A DNA stretch of 64,000 bases from Histomonas meleagridis 2922-C6/04-290x (taxonomy: Eukaryota > Protista > Parabasalia). Both the position numbers and the translations under genes were made by a program. The stretch covers positions 62,001-126,000 of the forward strand of contig JAANOX010000202.1 in assembly GCA_020184695.1 (NCBI GenBank). Reading direction: 5' to 3'. The notes under the pieces are model-generated. The model searched no databases and was not told the DNA's origin. It saw only the letters and a program-made list of their open reading frames with translations. Within the stretch, counting starts at the first letter, position 1. Every line of letters starts with the position of its first letter. Below are positions 33,494-44,976 of this stretch, one piece after another.

Positions 33494-35296
33494 TTATGAC
33501 TTAAACTCATTACTTATAAAATCGTAAAACTGTTTTGTATCCATTAACATATCCACGAAATCATTTAATTTCCTAAAACGCAGCTCAGTTTTCGGAAATC
33601 GATTTTTCTTTGCCTTCTTAATATATATATTCAGTTCGCTCTTTTTTGGTATTTCGGTCAAATCATCGGAAAATATTTCGATTGAAGACACGAAGTCGAC
33701 CACAGCCAACTTCGGACTTCCGACCAATCGATAGAGGTATTCGCTCAGCGGGCATCTTTCTTCTATTTTATTTTGCGGGTCGATCCATAGCGAAACGTTT
33801 GGATAATATCTCGAGAATTTACTATCGAAGTTACAATATATTGGGATACACATTCGACTCATCCATGTTTTGTTCTTAAGCCCATATTCGAATCGTAAAA
33901 ACCATTGTAATTCGGGTATTAACGAAAATGTTTTATCTTCATCTTCAATACCGCACATTTGGGATAAACATTTCTTCTTATAATTTTCCATTAATAATGA
34001 TATGAACGAACGAATATTTCGGTTTCGATTAAGATGTGGTATCATCATCATTGGATTAGTGCTCGATATAACGGGAATGAAATCAGACGACTTACGAAAT
34101 TCTTGCGTGGACCATATCGTATCAAAATATGATTTGCCGCTTTTCGTAAATCGAATATATGTTGTCTCAACTCCGAACATTGCTGTGTTCGTATGTGAAT
34201 CAACACTTTTAGGTGTAAGACGGAATTTTTTGGAAAAAAATTCATTAGCAGTGGAACTCGTCTTTTGTTTCTTATGGATTTTATAATTGGTAACATAAGA
34301 AGTCATTGAAACATTAAAAATATTGTCTTTTGATATGTGCTTGATAAGAAGCTTGAGCTGATCGTTGTAACCTTCTGAAAATTGAGGGGCGCATAGAAAT
34401 AAACCGTCGACGTTGATGGGGTCATTTTCGTTCTCATAGTGCTCTGGGCCAAATGGAGAAACCCAATCAACAAAGATATCCTTCAAACAAGTGCGCTTCG
34501 GCCCTTTGGTTGAGAAAAGAACAATGCGAGTGAAATGTTTAGAACTCACATCAGAAAGTTGTTTGATGAGATCATCAACACTAGTTGTCCCAGAATGTGG
34601 TTGAAGCTGATTAAGGTATTTCTCAATTGTTTCATAATCACCTTTTGTATTACTACCTTGAGTGAAATCAAAAACTTTACTTATATTCATGCTGCTTGAA
34701 AAATCAAATATAAGAGTTTTGCCTTCGCTAACTATCAAGTAACTGATTACATTGGTTTTGAGAATGGCTATTTGAAAAGAGATAGATTGTGGAAGATTTT
34801 TAATAACAAAAAGTGAGTATTGGATGAGTTTGTCAAATTCTTTGGGATTACAACATGTGTCTATAGCAAAAACAAGTTTGAAATATGTGTCTGTAAGTAT
34901 TTCACGAAAAATAAAATTTGAAGATCCGTATCTAAATTCTGTTTGTTGTTTGAATAGCTTATTGCACCATACACATTTAAGGTTGTCACCCTCTTTAGAA
35001 AAATACACGTCAACAATTGCATTGCAATTTGGACATCGAGGCGGATTAATTTGTTGAAAAATTGATTTTGAGGCTTGATTATAATATTTTTCATCAAACG
35101 GGTAGAACTCTACAATTATAGGTAAAAATGATGCTGGGTTGGAATTTGTTGAAGGCCATACTTTTAAAGATGAATGGAATGGTAAATTTTTTGAAGAATA
35201 GGAATAATGTGACTTACGAGTAGAACTACTTGGGCTAAATTGACATGAAATAGCTTTTCTAGGGAACCTTGTTTCTCGTAAAGTCAATCTTTTCAT
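33494..35296 (-). CDS. Divergent Sec23/Sec24-family protein
   Basis: Zinc finger RCPNC..KCVWC, vWA-start LVFAIDT, beta-sandwich-like ETTYIRF. Confidence 0.65.
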   Translation of the reverse strand: MKRLTLRETRFPRKAISCQFSPSSSTRKSHYSYSSKNLPFHSSLKVWPSTNSNPASFLPIIVEFYPFDEKYYNQASKSIFQQINPPRCPNCNAIVDVYFSKEGDNLKCVWCNKLFKQQTEFRYGSSNFIFREILTDTYFKLVFAIDTCCNPKEFDKLIQYSLFVIKNLPQSISFQIAILKTNVISYLIVSEGKTLIFDFSSSMNISKVFDFTQGSNTKGDYETIEKYLNQLQPHSGTTSVDDLIKQLSDVSSKHFTRIVLFSTKGPKRTCLKDIFVDWVSPFGPEHYENENDPINVDGLFLCAPQFSEGYNDQLKLLIKHISKDNIFNVSMTSYVTNYKIHKKQKTSSTANEFFSKKFRLTPKSVDSHTNTAMFGVETTYIRFTKSGKSYFDTIWSTQEFRKSSDFIPVISSTNPMMMIPHLNRNRNIRSFISLLMENYKKKCLSQMCGIEDEDKTFSLIPELQWFLRFEYGLKNKTWMSRMCIPIYCNFDSKFSRYYPNVSLWIDPQNKIEERCPLSEYLYRLVGSPKLAVVDFVSSIEIFSDDLTEIPKKSELNIYIKKAKKNRFPKTELRFRKLNDFVDMLMDTKQFYDFISNEFKS

Positions 35297-35857
35297 TCAG
35301 ATTACCACTTGGCATTAGGGCACCCTCGATAACGATCATTTGCTATCGGTCCAATTGAACTTATCGTATACTATAAGTAATGGTGTCAAATGATCATTAA
35401 GAAAAATAAAGCTTTATTTGAATACACTGCGCAAAAATGAAAATGCTTATTAAAGTTTTGTTTTTTTTGGCAATATATCTGTTGGTAAAATAGAGATAGT
35501 GCATTGTTATTTTGATAATCATCATGATGACTTTCTACAAAACTTTCGGACATTGATTCCATTTTGATTAAACTACAAGTGTGTTCAAGAAAAATACCGT
35601 ATAATTCCCAGTACTTTTACAATGTAAAAACTGGTTAAAATCACTTTTTGATTGCGATGAAGATAAAATGTTTTTGAAGTCGTCAAAGCCACTCAAAGCA
35701 TTTGAAGAATCCAAAGAACAATGATAAATCAGAAAACAATAGAAAAATAGAAGTCTGCATTATACATTAAATAATTATTTAATTCAAAATTCGGTATCAA
35801 ATGAATATTTATAAAAGTTTATACATTTAAATATATAATTTTTTATTAAATTTCTAT

Positions 35858-38800
35858 TTACCATAGATCCTCAATATCGAACACGTCTATTACATTTCTT
35901 TTCGATCTAATGATCAATGCTATTTGTCTTGCTTCGTCTTCATTCTTGCATGCAATTTTCAGCTGTTTATTTTGTGCCACATTGAACGTAATCATATCCT
36001 TATCGACTGACATCATTACGATTCTCTTCACCATCACTCTTGCGACCAATTTCTTCTCCTTAAACAAGAAAGCCCACACGTCAGCAATACATAACACGTA
36101 ACTATTTCTTCTATCATTATTAAACACATTTAATTTCAGCTTCAAAATTTCGGCCTTCGAAGCGTCTTTCTGTATCAAATATTGATAAAACGCTTCCGCC
36201 TTATTATATACTCCTATTTTATCCATTGGCGAAGCTCTCGGATATCTTTTTCTTTGATGTATTTCTTCTTTTGTAATTGCTTTTCGAACTCCGCCAATAA
36301 CTCCGGCACTTGCATCTAAAAAACCTGTTACAGGTTTAGCGACAACACCAAACAAACCTTTGCCAACACCTTTAATAGCTCCAGTAAAACCATTTTGTTT
36401 AGCGCCTTCGATAGGTTTCATAAATATACCAGTGATACCATTCATTATGTTTTTGCCTAACGATGAAAAGCCATCAATTATAGTATCTGTTGAGCTTTGA
36501 TTAATTCCTTGCGTGTTTAATGTTTGATCTTTATCATCATCAATCATATTAATATAAGAAGAAATACTTCGAATGAATCCTTCGCCACCTTGTAAGATAC
36601 CTCCAAATGTACCAGTGATTAAATCAGTACCTTTTTTACCAATGTTTAATAAGACATCTTCTGGCGATTGAACATCAGTAGTTGTCGGATCATAAAATAC
36701 TGATTTAATTCCTTGCATAATACCACTTACATTAAATAATATATCCGAATGACCTGCTAAGCCCCAAAGTTTATTTATTAATAATTTATAATTATTTAAT
36801 AATAATATCTTTAATGTAGTAAATGATAATGATTTGGATTCAAATGAAAAACAATTTAATTCAATCGGCGCATTTGTAATATTTGGTATATAACGTAAAA
36901 ATCGAATTTGAAATCGAGGATTTGGTGGTGTAGAATATGGTCGACCTGTATAACCTCTAAATGTTACATTAATTAATATTGGATGTATTTCAAAATGTTG
37001 AAATGATACTATTAATTCATCATTAATAGTTTCTTGATATATAACTGGTTTTAGATCAGACTTTAAAAATGATTTTGGTTTAAACATTGTAAAGAATGTT
37101 AATATATCACTTAAAAATGCATAATCCAAAAAAATCGTAATCGGTTGAATAGATAATATAAATGTTTTATATGAAATAAATAATGGCGATTCACGAAATG
37201 ATATAGCAGAAAGATGGATAAAAGGTTTTGTTTCATATTTTTCACCAAATAATATTACTGGGAAAACAGAAGCATTAAATTGATCATCAATTTGTATTGA
37301 ATCGACCATGAATTCAATTAAATGATTATCATTTTCACAAGTCGATTTATAAAATATATTTGTTAATGATATAAATGAAAGTTCTTGAAATGTATTATCT
37401 ATTAAAGAAATATCAATTTCACTAATTAAAATGTTTATATATATCGAATAATCAAATATGGAATAAGGTTGTGAAAATAATATTAACATTCGGACGCCTT
37501 TCTGTATAGTTTTTAGTTGTGCATAGATTGATAATGTCTTTATAAACTGTGGCTCTGTATCTGCGGTTAAATGAATTTGTTGAATTTTATGATTAACTTC
37601 AATGTTAATACTTTTAGTATCAATAGGATAATCAAATGCGAAAAATGATGAAGAATTTGTATTAACTAATAATAAATTTTGTTGATTTATATGATATACA
37701 TTTATTGGAATATCTAATAAATTTGTAATGATTAAAGGTGTAGGGAAATGAGGTTTTCTAAAATGTACTAATAAAGTATTTCCCATAATATTTATTTCCA
37801 TTTCTATGAATATATTATTCATTCTAAATACAGTTCTAATTGGTGTAGATAATATTACTATAGTTTCAGTATTAATTTCAGGGATACGTAATAAAAATGA
37901 AAACTTTTTATTTGATATTAATATATTTATAGTTTCATTAGGATTAATATTCTTTATAAATAATTTAACAGGTATATTATTATTATCAATAGGTATTAAT
38001 TCAAGTTTATATTTTAATTCATTGGATACTTTTAATACGATCGAAAATGTAACTATAGTTGTATGAATTAATGGAAATGGTGCAGGTGTAATAGAATGAT
38101 GAATTGGCACAAAGATATCATTATTTTCTTGTGTAGGCAAAAATATATTTGAAGAACTTCCTATAGTTGAACAATCGATTTTTTCTTGACTAAATTTAGA
38201 ATATAATGATTTAATTTTTATATATAATTTATCCGAATTTATAAATTTAGGATTTCCATAATTTATTTGTTCAGTAATAAAATCAATTGGTTTAACTCTT
38301 TTAGAATACATTAATTGTAGTGGTGTTTCACATTGATTAAATAATATTGATGGAGTATATAAATATAAAATTGGAATTTCAGAATCATTTTCGATTTGTG
38401 CAAAGATATACATATAATTATCTTGTTGTGAATTCTTTAATGAAAACATATATTTCTCATTATATGATGAAATTTTGATAACAATTTGATCAGAAACATT
38501 ATAATTCTCACATGATATTGACATTACTAATACTTCTAAATTACTATTTAATGGAATTGAATATTTCTCAGTAGTTTTAATATTAGTTTGTAAATTAATA
38601 TTAATGAAATTAATTTTTAAGTCAAGTGGTGCTTCATTCATTATAATTATTGTTGGACAAATTTTTATTAAACCAATTGTATCATTTTCTATTATTTGTG
38701 ATATTTTACATGGTATTAAATGATTTATATTATATAATTTATAATAATATGCATCAGAATTAAAATGTTTCAAATTTAATGGTTTAATCTTTAATTGATT

Positions 38801-41800
38801 TATATCTTTAGGAATTTTATTTGCAATTAAAAGAAATGGTTTATTAATATCAATATTTCGAGGTAAAGGAAATCTTTGATTTGGTTGAATAATTCCAATA
38901 TCATTAAATTCTTCTTCTTTAATTTGTAATATATTAATAGGGAAATTAAATAAGTTTTCAAATATATAAATCGATGATAATATTATATTATTATTTTTAC
39001 GTAATATAACACAATAATTAGTAATTGCTGTTGGATAAAAGATATCACAAATCTTAAAATTAAATTTATTAACATAATCATAATATACAATAATATTATC
39101 ATTGTTTTTAAGATTTGGTAAATAAATCTTTTCATTATTTTTAAGTTTATATTCTTTATCTAATATTTTTATTGTTAAATCCATCGAAACAAAGTTTTCG
39201 ATTGAATAAAAATTGGAATTAATATCATTTTGATTTATATCTTCTTCATTATTTTTTAATTCTTTTACTTTAGTAATGAATTGTGGATGAAAGTTAAAAT
39301 ATAAAGGTGAAGTTGAAATTGATAATTTTTTAACATTTATTTCGTTTTGTATTTGAATAATCGTTTCGAATTTCTCAAGTATTGTATCCCAATTACCTGT
39401 ATAAGTATTATAATAAAGTGTTTTAAATATAAATTTTGTTGATGCATTCTTTTCAGTTGAAATAATATCATTAAATATTAGATTTGCTTTAATAATTGGT
39501 ATTCTTTGATTAGATGAAAATATAAAATTAATTTTCGATGATTTAATTATAATATTTTTTAATGAATTAAAGAAATTATATTTTTTAGTTTCTTCTAATG
39601 ATCCACTTTTATTTACATTTGTTGGTAATTCAATAATTTGATTTATTGTTGATTTAAATAATTTAATATCATATTTAGATATATTAATATTAATTGGTGT
39701 AAATGATATATTATTATTTGAATATGTTAATGAGAATTTATTTAATATTTGTAATATATCATTGTTTTGATTAATAATTCCAATCGAAAAGTCATTAATT
39801 CCATAATTGTTATTTGATGCAAATAAATTCGCTTCTGATATATAATGAAGATTTTTATCAAATGATTCTAATTTTAGTTGAATATATTTGATTATAAATG
39901 AATATTTATATGTCTTATTTTCAGATGAAGAAATTTGTTGTGTTTTATTAATACGTTTTGTTGGTTTAATGATATAATAATATTTATAAATTTTGGAGAT
40001 TTGTTCCGGTTTAATATTAACTAAAAATTTTTCGACGTTTCCTTCAATATAATAATGGTTATATAAAAGATTTAAATTATTTATATCAAGGAAATCATTT
40101 TTAATTGATTCTATTTCTAATTCATATTTTTGATCTTTATTAAATTGAAGTTTGCTAATTGCTAATGAAACAATTCGTTGATTATTATCAATAATATTTG
40201 TGTTAATTTCATTAATAATTCCGTTAAAATTAAATTTTATTTTATTATATTTTGTTACATTTGATGTATTTTGTTTTTCATTTTTTGTAAAATATAATTT
40301 TCGATAATTATTATAAATATTATCTTCATAAGTAAATAAAATTTGTTTCATATTATATTTAATCAAAATCGAATTAATTAAATATAATTTTTCTTTTTCC
40401 ATTAAATCAAGTTTAAATTCAATTCCAATGTTATTTAAGTTTAATATATTTATTGAACTATTAAATATCGACAATGAATCCAAATTGAATTGAATTAATT
40501 CGATCGAATTTAATGTTTTTACATAAAAATTATTTAATGTTAAATTAGTTTCATCAAATATTCCATTCATTTTACTTATTAATAAATCAATTTTATAATT
40601 TGGTATTAATAATTCATCACTTTTATTATTATCTTCAATAACTTCTTCATGAATAATTAAACCCATTAAATATTTCTTTAATTCTATAACAAATTGTTTC
40701 GTTAAATTAAAGTTTGTATTACATAAATTGCCTTCATAAGTATTATTGGAAAGAGAAATATTAAAATCTTCATTAACTTCAATATTATTATTATTTGTAT
40801 TTTTAAGATAAAGATTATTAGTCTTTAAATCAAATCTATAAAAGTCATTATCACCATAAGAATAACTGAAATAAAATGAATTCGAATTTAATTTTGCAAG
40901 TTCTTCTAAATCAACATTTAAATTTATGAAATTAAAATTAAGCGTTAAAATAGAATTCGATGAACTTGTTGTAGAGTGATGTTGAAATGATGAATAATCA
41001 TAAGTTTGCTCAAAATTCATTTTTCGCTCAAAATTTTCCGAATCACTAAAAAATTCATATAAAAAAAGTATAACTTTTTGATATCCATATACATAAAGAT
41101 TATCAAAAACGAAATTATTTAAACGATTTTGATATTCAAATGAGAAATTATTCATATTAAGGAATTGATTTTTATCAATCAAATATTCTTTTCCTTTAAT
41201 ATTATTCCCTTTAACACATGTTTTAAAGTATTTTTCATTAATAAAAGATAATTGTAATAATGAAAAATCCAATTTAAATATTTTCTTATTTTGATATAAT
41301 ACATTTAATATAAAAGAAGGAAAATCAAAATCAAAATAACTTGGATTTATAATATCATTTTGATTTTGTTCATTATTATTATTATTATCATTATTTAATA
41401 TATTATCAACTTCATCAATAATAAAGAAAGTCATTTCAATCAGAAGTAAATATTGATATAAAGTTATATTTACATTAAGTTTTGGAAGTTTTCCAATTCC
41501 TTTAATATAAGTTAAAACATCCGAATTCAAAATAGCCATATCAAGATTATAAGTCGCATTAAATGTATTTATAATACAATCGTTTTGTAAATAAATTTTC
41601 GTTTCATTAAATTTTAATATATATTGATTATATAACGTTGAATAATCATTTGGATTTAATATTTTATTTGGAGTTAAACTCATTTCAATTGTTTTACATT
41701 CGATATCTAATGAAGGCATATCTTTTAATTCTTGATAAGGAATTTGGATCTTTGGTTGATTAAACAAAATTTGTATTGTTCGAGGTTTATATCGACTTAT

Positions 41801-43396
41801 AGCATTTTTAATTTCAACAATTGAAGGTATTTTATTCTCTTTTATTTGTTTTGAGTTTTTGAATTTAATTTTATTTTGTTGTTGATAATCATTTGAAAAG
41901 AAATTAATGAAATTATTTAACCAATTTAAATCAATTATTAAATTTGTTGGTGGGAAATTAATTTGAAAATCAGAACTTCCATCAGATTTAAATGAAGCAT
42001 TTATTATTAAGTTACCATTACTGATAAATGTTTTCGGGAATTTTAGACTTATATCATTATACATTATTAAATTTAATACTTTCATCTTATATTCCATATC
42101 ATATTGTATTTTCTTGAAGTTGAATTGTATTTGATTCGTTTCTAATCTCGTCATTGGTTTCATTAATTCATTAAGAATTGATATATTTAATTTGTTAATA
42201 TGTAATTTGGACATAAATAAAATAGAATTCATATTCTTAGGTTGGCCTTCTAATAAAAGATCAAGTTCTTCTTTTGTTAAACTTGTGGTACTAATATCTT
42301 GTTGTTGTCGAATCTTTGCTTGTGCATAAGTTCGTAAAAATACAATTGTCGAAAGTTCAAATTGTCGTTCGAATGATTTAATTTCTTCTTTAGTACCATT
42401 TTGTCTTAATTGTACATATATACTTCGATTTTTTAATATTTGGATTGCGTTTTTAACATCAAATGTATGTGAATGCTTTTGTGCGATTGAACATCGATGA
42501 ATAAAACGCCACCATAAACCGGATGATCGGTCTGATCGTGGATAACGATTAGGTCTTCCACAATGAGAAAATTGTCTTCTTTTTGTAAATTGTCGATATT
42601 GTTCTTGTAAAATAGTAATTCCTTTCCATTGTAAAGAATTGATTATAAAGCTAAGTTCTTGCGTATTAATGATAAATTCATTACTTTGATTTCGTTTTGT
42701 AACATAAATCCCATTGAAAGTAAACGGTTCCATTAAATATTGATGCGATTTGGAATAAATCGATGATAACATTTCTTCTTCAAAATTATCTTGAGAAATA
42801 GGTGTAGCATTAGGATCCGCATAAATAGAAAGTGCCGTGATTTTTGTTTGCTTTCGAATGATCTCTGATAATGGTGGAATTATTGTTTCTTTATAAAACT
42901 CATCAACTGAATATGAATTTAAAGATTGAATTGTAAAGCCAATAGCAATCATGGAATCGTCAATAGGAAGCTCAAGCCTAACATGCATGTTTTTAATGTT
43001 GATTTGAATATTGTCAATTACTTTATTCATAATCGATGAAAAAAGTCCTCCATCTGATACTTGGTCTGTTTCATCTGGTAATTCATTTGTTTCTAAATCT
43101 TTGTCTGTGAGAACATTCCCTGAAATCGAGCCTAGAATAAAAACATTTTCAATTGATACTATGCTTGGTTGAGAATCAAGTTGACCCCAAGGAAAAACTA
43201 AAGAAATTGATTTTACTGTACCTCTTTCTACAATTAATGGTATTTTATTTTCTGAGAATGCGTTACTTGAAATTTTTAAATTTTCTAATCTTGCTTTTCC
43301 ATTCCATAATTCTACTTCTAATTGAGATGAATCTATTTTTTCTATGTATTTACCAAACATATGACTAATAACTTTTGCTATGACACCATTAATCAT
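35858..43396 (-). CDS. VPS13: VPS13-family bridge-like lipid transfer protein
   Basis: Chorein-N (FGKYIEKIDSSQLEVELWNGKARLENL), C-terminal GITGIFMKPIEGAKQNGFTGAIKGVGKGLFGVVAKPVTGFLD, terminal PH-like domain. Confidence 0.92.
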   Translation of the reverse strand: MINGVIAKVISHMFGKYIEKIDSSQLEVELWNGKARLENLKISSNAFSENKIPLIVERGTVKSISLVFPWGQLDSQPSIVSIENVFILGSISGNVLTDKDLETNELPDETDQVSDGGLFSSIMNKVIDNIQINIKNMHVRLELPIDDSMIAIGFTIQSLNSYSVDEFYKETIIPPLSEIIRKQTKITALSIYADPNATPISQDNFEEEMLSSIYSKSHQYLMEPFTFNGIYVTKRNQSNEFIINTQELSFIINSLQWKGITILQEQYRQFTKRRQFSHCGRPNRYPRSDRSSGLWWRFIHRCSIAQKHSHTFDVKNAIQILKNRSIYVQLRQNGTKEEIKSFERQFELSTIVFLRTYAQAKIRQQQDISTTSLTKEELDLLLEGQPKNMNSILFMSKLHINKLNISILNELMKPMTRLETNQIQFNFKKIQYDMEYKMKVLNLIMYNDISLKFPKTFISNGNLIINASFKSDGSSDFQINFPPTNLIIDLNWLNNFINFFSNDYQQQNKIKFKNSKQIKENKIPSIVEIKNAISRYKPRTIQILFNQPKIQIPYQELKDMPSLDIECKTIEMSLTPNKILNPNDYSTLYNQYILKFNETKIYLQNDCIINTFNATYNLDMAILNSDVLTYIKGIGKLPKLNVNITLYQYLLLIEMTFFIIDEVDNILNNDNNNNNEQNQNDIINPSYFDFDFPSFILNVLYQNKKIFKLDFSLLQLSFINEKYFKTCVKGNNIKGKEYLIDKNQFLNMNNFSFEYQNRLNNFVFDNLYVYGYQKVILFLYEFFSDSENFERKMNFEQTYDYSSFQHHSTTSSSNSILTLNFNFINLNVDLEELAKLNSNSFYFSYSYGDNDFYRFDLKTNNLYLKNTNNNNIEVNEDFNISLSNNTYEGNLCNTNFNLTKQFVIELKKYLMGLIIHEEVIEDNNKSDELLIPNYKIDLLISKMNGIFDETNLTLNNFYVKTLNSIELIQFNLDSLSIFNSSINILNLNNIGIEFKLDLMEKEKLYLINSILIKYNMKQILFTYEDNIYNNYRKLYFTKNEKQNTSNVTKYNKIKFNFNGIINEINTNIIDNNQRIVSLAISKLQFNKDQKYELEIESIKNDFLDINNLNLLYNHYYIEGNVEKFLVNIKPEQISKIYKYYYIIKPTKRINKTQQISSSENKTYKYSFIIKYIQLKLESFDKNLHYISEANLFASNNNYGINDFSIGIINQNNDILQILNKFSLTYSNNNISFTPININISKYDIKLFKSTINQIIELPTNVNKSGSLEETKKYNFFNSLKNIIIKSSKINFIFSSNQRIPIIKANLIFNDIISTEKNASTKFIFKTLYYNTYTGNWDTILEKFETIIQIQNEINVKKLSISTSPLYFNFHPQFITKVKELKNNEEDINQNDINSNFYSIENFVSMDLTIKILDKEYKLKNNEKIYLPNLKNNDNIIVYYDYVNKFNFKICDIFYPTAITNYCVILRKNNNIILSSIYIFENLFNFPINILQIKEEEFNDIGIIQPNQRFPLPRNIDINKPFLLIANKIPKDINQLKIKPLNLKHFNSDAYYYKLYNINHLIPCKISQIIENDTIGLIKICPTIIIMNEAPLDLKINFININLQTNIKTTEKYSIPLNSNLEVLVMSISCENYNVSDQIVIKISSYNEKYMFSLKNSQQDNYMYIFAQIENDSEIPILYLYTPSILFNQCETPLQLMYSKRVKPIDFITEQINYGNPKFINSDKLYIKIKSLYSKFSQEKIDCSTIGSSSNIFLPTQENNDIFVPIHHSITPAPFPLIHTTIVTFSIVLKVSNELKYKLELIPIDNNNIPVKLFIKNINPNETINILISNKKFSFLLRIPEINTETIVILSTPIRTVFRMNNIFIEMEINIMGNTLLVHFRKPHFPTPLIITNLLDIPINVYHINQQNLLLVNTNSSSFFAFDYPIDTKSINIEVNHKIQQIHLTADTEPQFIKTLSIYAQLKTIQKGVRMLILFSQPYSIFDYSIYINILISEIDISLIDNTFQELSFISLTNIFYKSTCENDNHLIEFMVDSIQIDDQFNASVFPVILFGEKYETKPFIHLSAISFRESPLFISYKTFILSIQPITIFLDYAFLSDILTFFTMFKPKSFLKSDLKPVIYQETINDELIVSFQHFEIHPILINVTFRGYTGRPYSTPPNPRFQIRFLRYIPNITNAPIELNCFSFESKSLSFTTLKILLLNNYKLLINKLWGLAGHSDILFNVSGIMQGIKSVFYDPTTTDVQSPEDVLLNIGKKGTDLITGTFGGILQGGEGFIRSISSYINMIDDDKDQTLNTQGINQSSTDTIIDGFSSLGKNIMNGITGIFMKPIEGAKQNGFTGAIKGVGKGLFGVVAKPVTGFLDASAGVIGGVRKAITKEEIHQRKRYPRASPMDKIGVYNKAEAFYQYLIQKDASKAEILKLKLNVFNNDRRNSYVLCIADVWAFLFKEKKLVARVMVKRIVMMSVDKDMITFNVAQNKQLKIACKNEDEARQIALIIRSKRNVIDVFDIEDLW

Positions 43397-43500
43397 TGAG
43401 AATTTAAATATTTTACGGTTTTATACGAACGATTTTGAAAAAACTGCCAGAAAGGTCATGTCACATCACATTTCACTCGACCCTTTAACGGTTTCATAAG

Positions 43501-43777
43501 ATGGCAGCACAGCCTCCACATCCCGAGTTAAGAGCGTATTTTTATTTTTCTAACATACAGACACTTGAACAAAGAAATCCGCGTAAAATTGAATTGTAAC
43601 AGAACTGTTTTTGGTATTCTAATAGGTTTTGATCATTTTATGAATTTATCTTTAAGAAATGCACAAATAGAAGTCCCAGATCAACCTCCCGTTATTGTGA
43701 ACTCTTGCATTCTCCGTGGAGCAGCTATTTTGTCATTTGAAGGTGTAAATGTCACTGTTGTAGAGAAATATCAATAA
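43501..43777 (+). CDS. SNRPG: Sm core protein G, two exons (43501-43535, 43561-43777)
   Basis: Spliced translation MAAQPPHPELRAHLNKEIRVKLNCNRTVFGILIGFDHFMNL...ILRGAAILSFE matches SmG (HPPELK..MDK.L.LKLNG.R.V.G.L.GFD.FMNL). Confidence 0.88.
43536..43560 (+). other. Canonical 25-nt parabasalid short spliceosomal intron
   Basis: GTATTTTTATTTTTCTAACATACAG; its removal restores the SmG N-terminus in frame. Confidence 0.92.
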
Positions 43778-44132
43778 ACTGCACGAGTAGTAAATAAATA
43801 ACATTTAGAATCAAATAACACTAAAAACATGTATAATTTTTATTTTAAAAATGATGATTTGGAAATTGAAATGAGTATTGGTATCTATACACAATACAAC
43901 AAAGAAAAAATTTGTGTAGCAAATCGCTCCCAAAGTTAAAAAGAGTATTTTTTGAGTTTAAAAAAATAATAATGATTTGATTCAAAAATAAAAAATCAAA
44001 GAACCTATTACATATGTTTCGCTAATGGCAAAAAGTTTATGCATGTATGTATTTTGTGCTGCTTTTGCAACATTCATATTTATGCTTGGAATAAAAATAT
44101 TTTTTTCACAAAGTTTGTTTGAATAAAATCCA

Positions 44133-44852
44133 ATGTTTAAGTTTACAGAGTGCGATTCCAATGGTTTTAAAACATTTGCAGATAAGGAAAAAAGCGATAT
44201 AATTTGTAATAAGTGGGGACTATCAAATCTAATTGTTAAAACATTTACATTCACTGGACAAATATCTGATGCTTTTGATCCCAATGAATTCTTAGTTCAA
44301 TTTTTCAGAACACCAGGCTTACCATCAACCCAAATATCAAGTGTTGGATTTGAAACATTAAAAACAAATGTTATTGGACCAAATTTCTTCAAGAAATTAT
44401 GGTCAGGACCAGTAAAATTAGTAAGGGATGTTCCCAAACATCCTATTTATAAGTGTATGGATCGAAGGCTTCAAGATATTTGGATATCTGATCTTTTGCA
44501 AACTGCCTTATTAGATGATGAATCAGATGAATATGCTCAGTTTACAGAGGATGATCGCAGGGAATTGATTTTTCGCATTATGAAAGCAGTAGTTATTGGT
44601 GGCGATGTTTGCCAATTCGAAGATAACTGGGATAATTATGAACCGATTATAATATCTCTTTACAAAGATGTCATTGGCCAAAGTGTAGTTAAGAATACAA
44701 GCGGGGCTATTTCCGTTGTTGCAAGATCATTTTCAATTACAAAAATTAATGGGAATGATATAAGAACTGACTTTGACAGATCTTTTTGCATTGTTACTAT
44801 TGATACAATTGGAAAGAAAGTAAGATTGTTTTCTTATAAATGTGCTCTTTAA
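44133..44852 (+). CDS. CFAP300: Cilia/flagella-associated protein 300 (C11orf70)-like
   Basis: KWGL..L.VKTFTF; RELIFRIMKAVVIGGDVCQFEDN. Confidence 0.7.
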   Translation: MFKFTECDSNGFKTFADKEKSDIICNKWGLSNLIVKTFTFTGQISDAFDPNEFLVQFFRTPGLPSTQISSVGFETLKTNVIGPNFFKKLWSGPVKLVRDVPKHPIYKCMDRRLQDIWISDLLQTALLDDESDEYAQFTEDDRRELIFRIMKAVVIGGDVCQFEDNWDNYEPIIISLYKDVIGQSVVKNTSGAISVVARSFSITKINGNDIRTDFDRSFCIVTIDTIGKKVRLFSYKCAL

Positions 44853-44976
44853 TTGAATTTTTTTTTTTAACTAGCTCAAAATTTTAATGAAAAAATCATT
44901 TAAAAATAAGCACTATAGTGTTGTTTATTAAGAAAAAAAGTCTTGACTTCCAAATCTTTTTGTCTAATGTTAAATG

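Noticed and set aside
37800-42100. Extremely AT-rich middle of VPS13 as an inserted element
   Set aside because: The frame stays open for 2512 aa; a divergent N/I/K-rich rod region is sufficient explanation.
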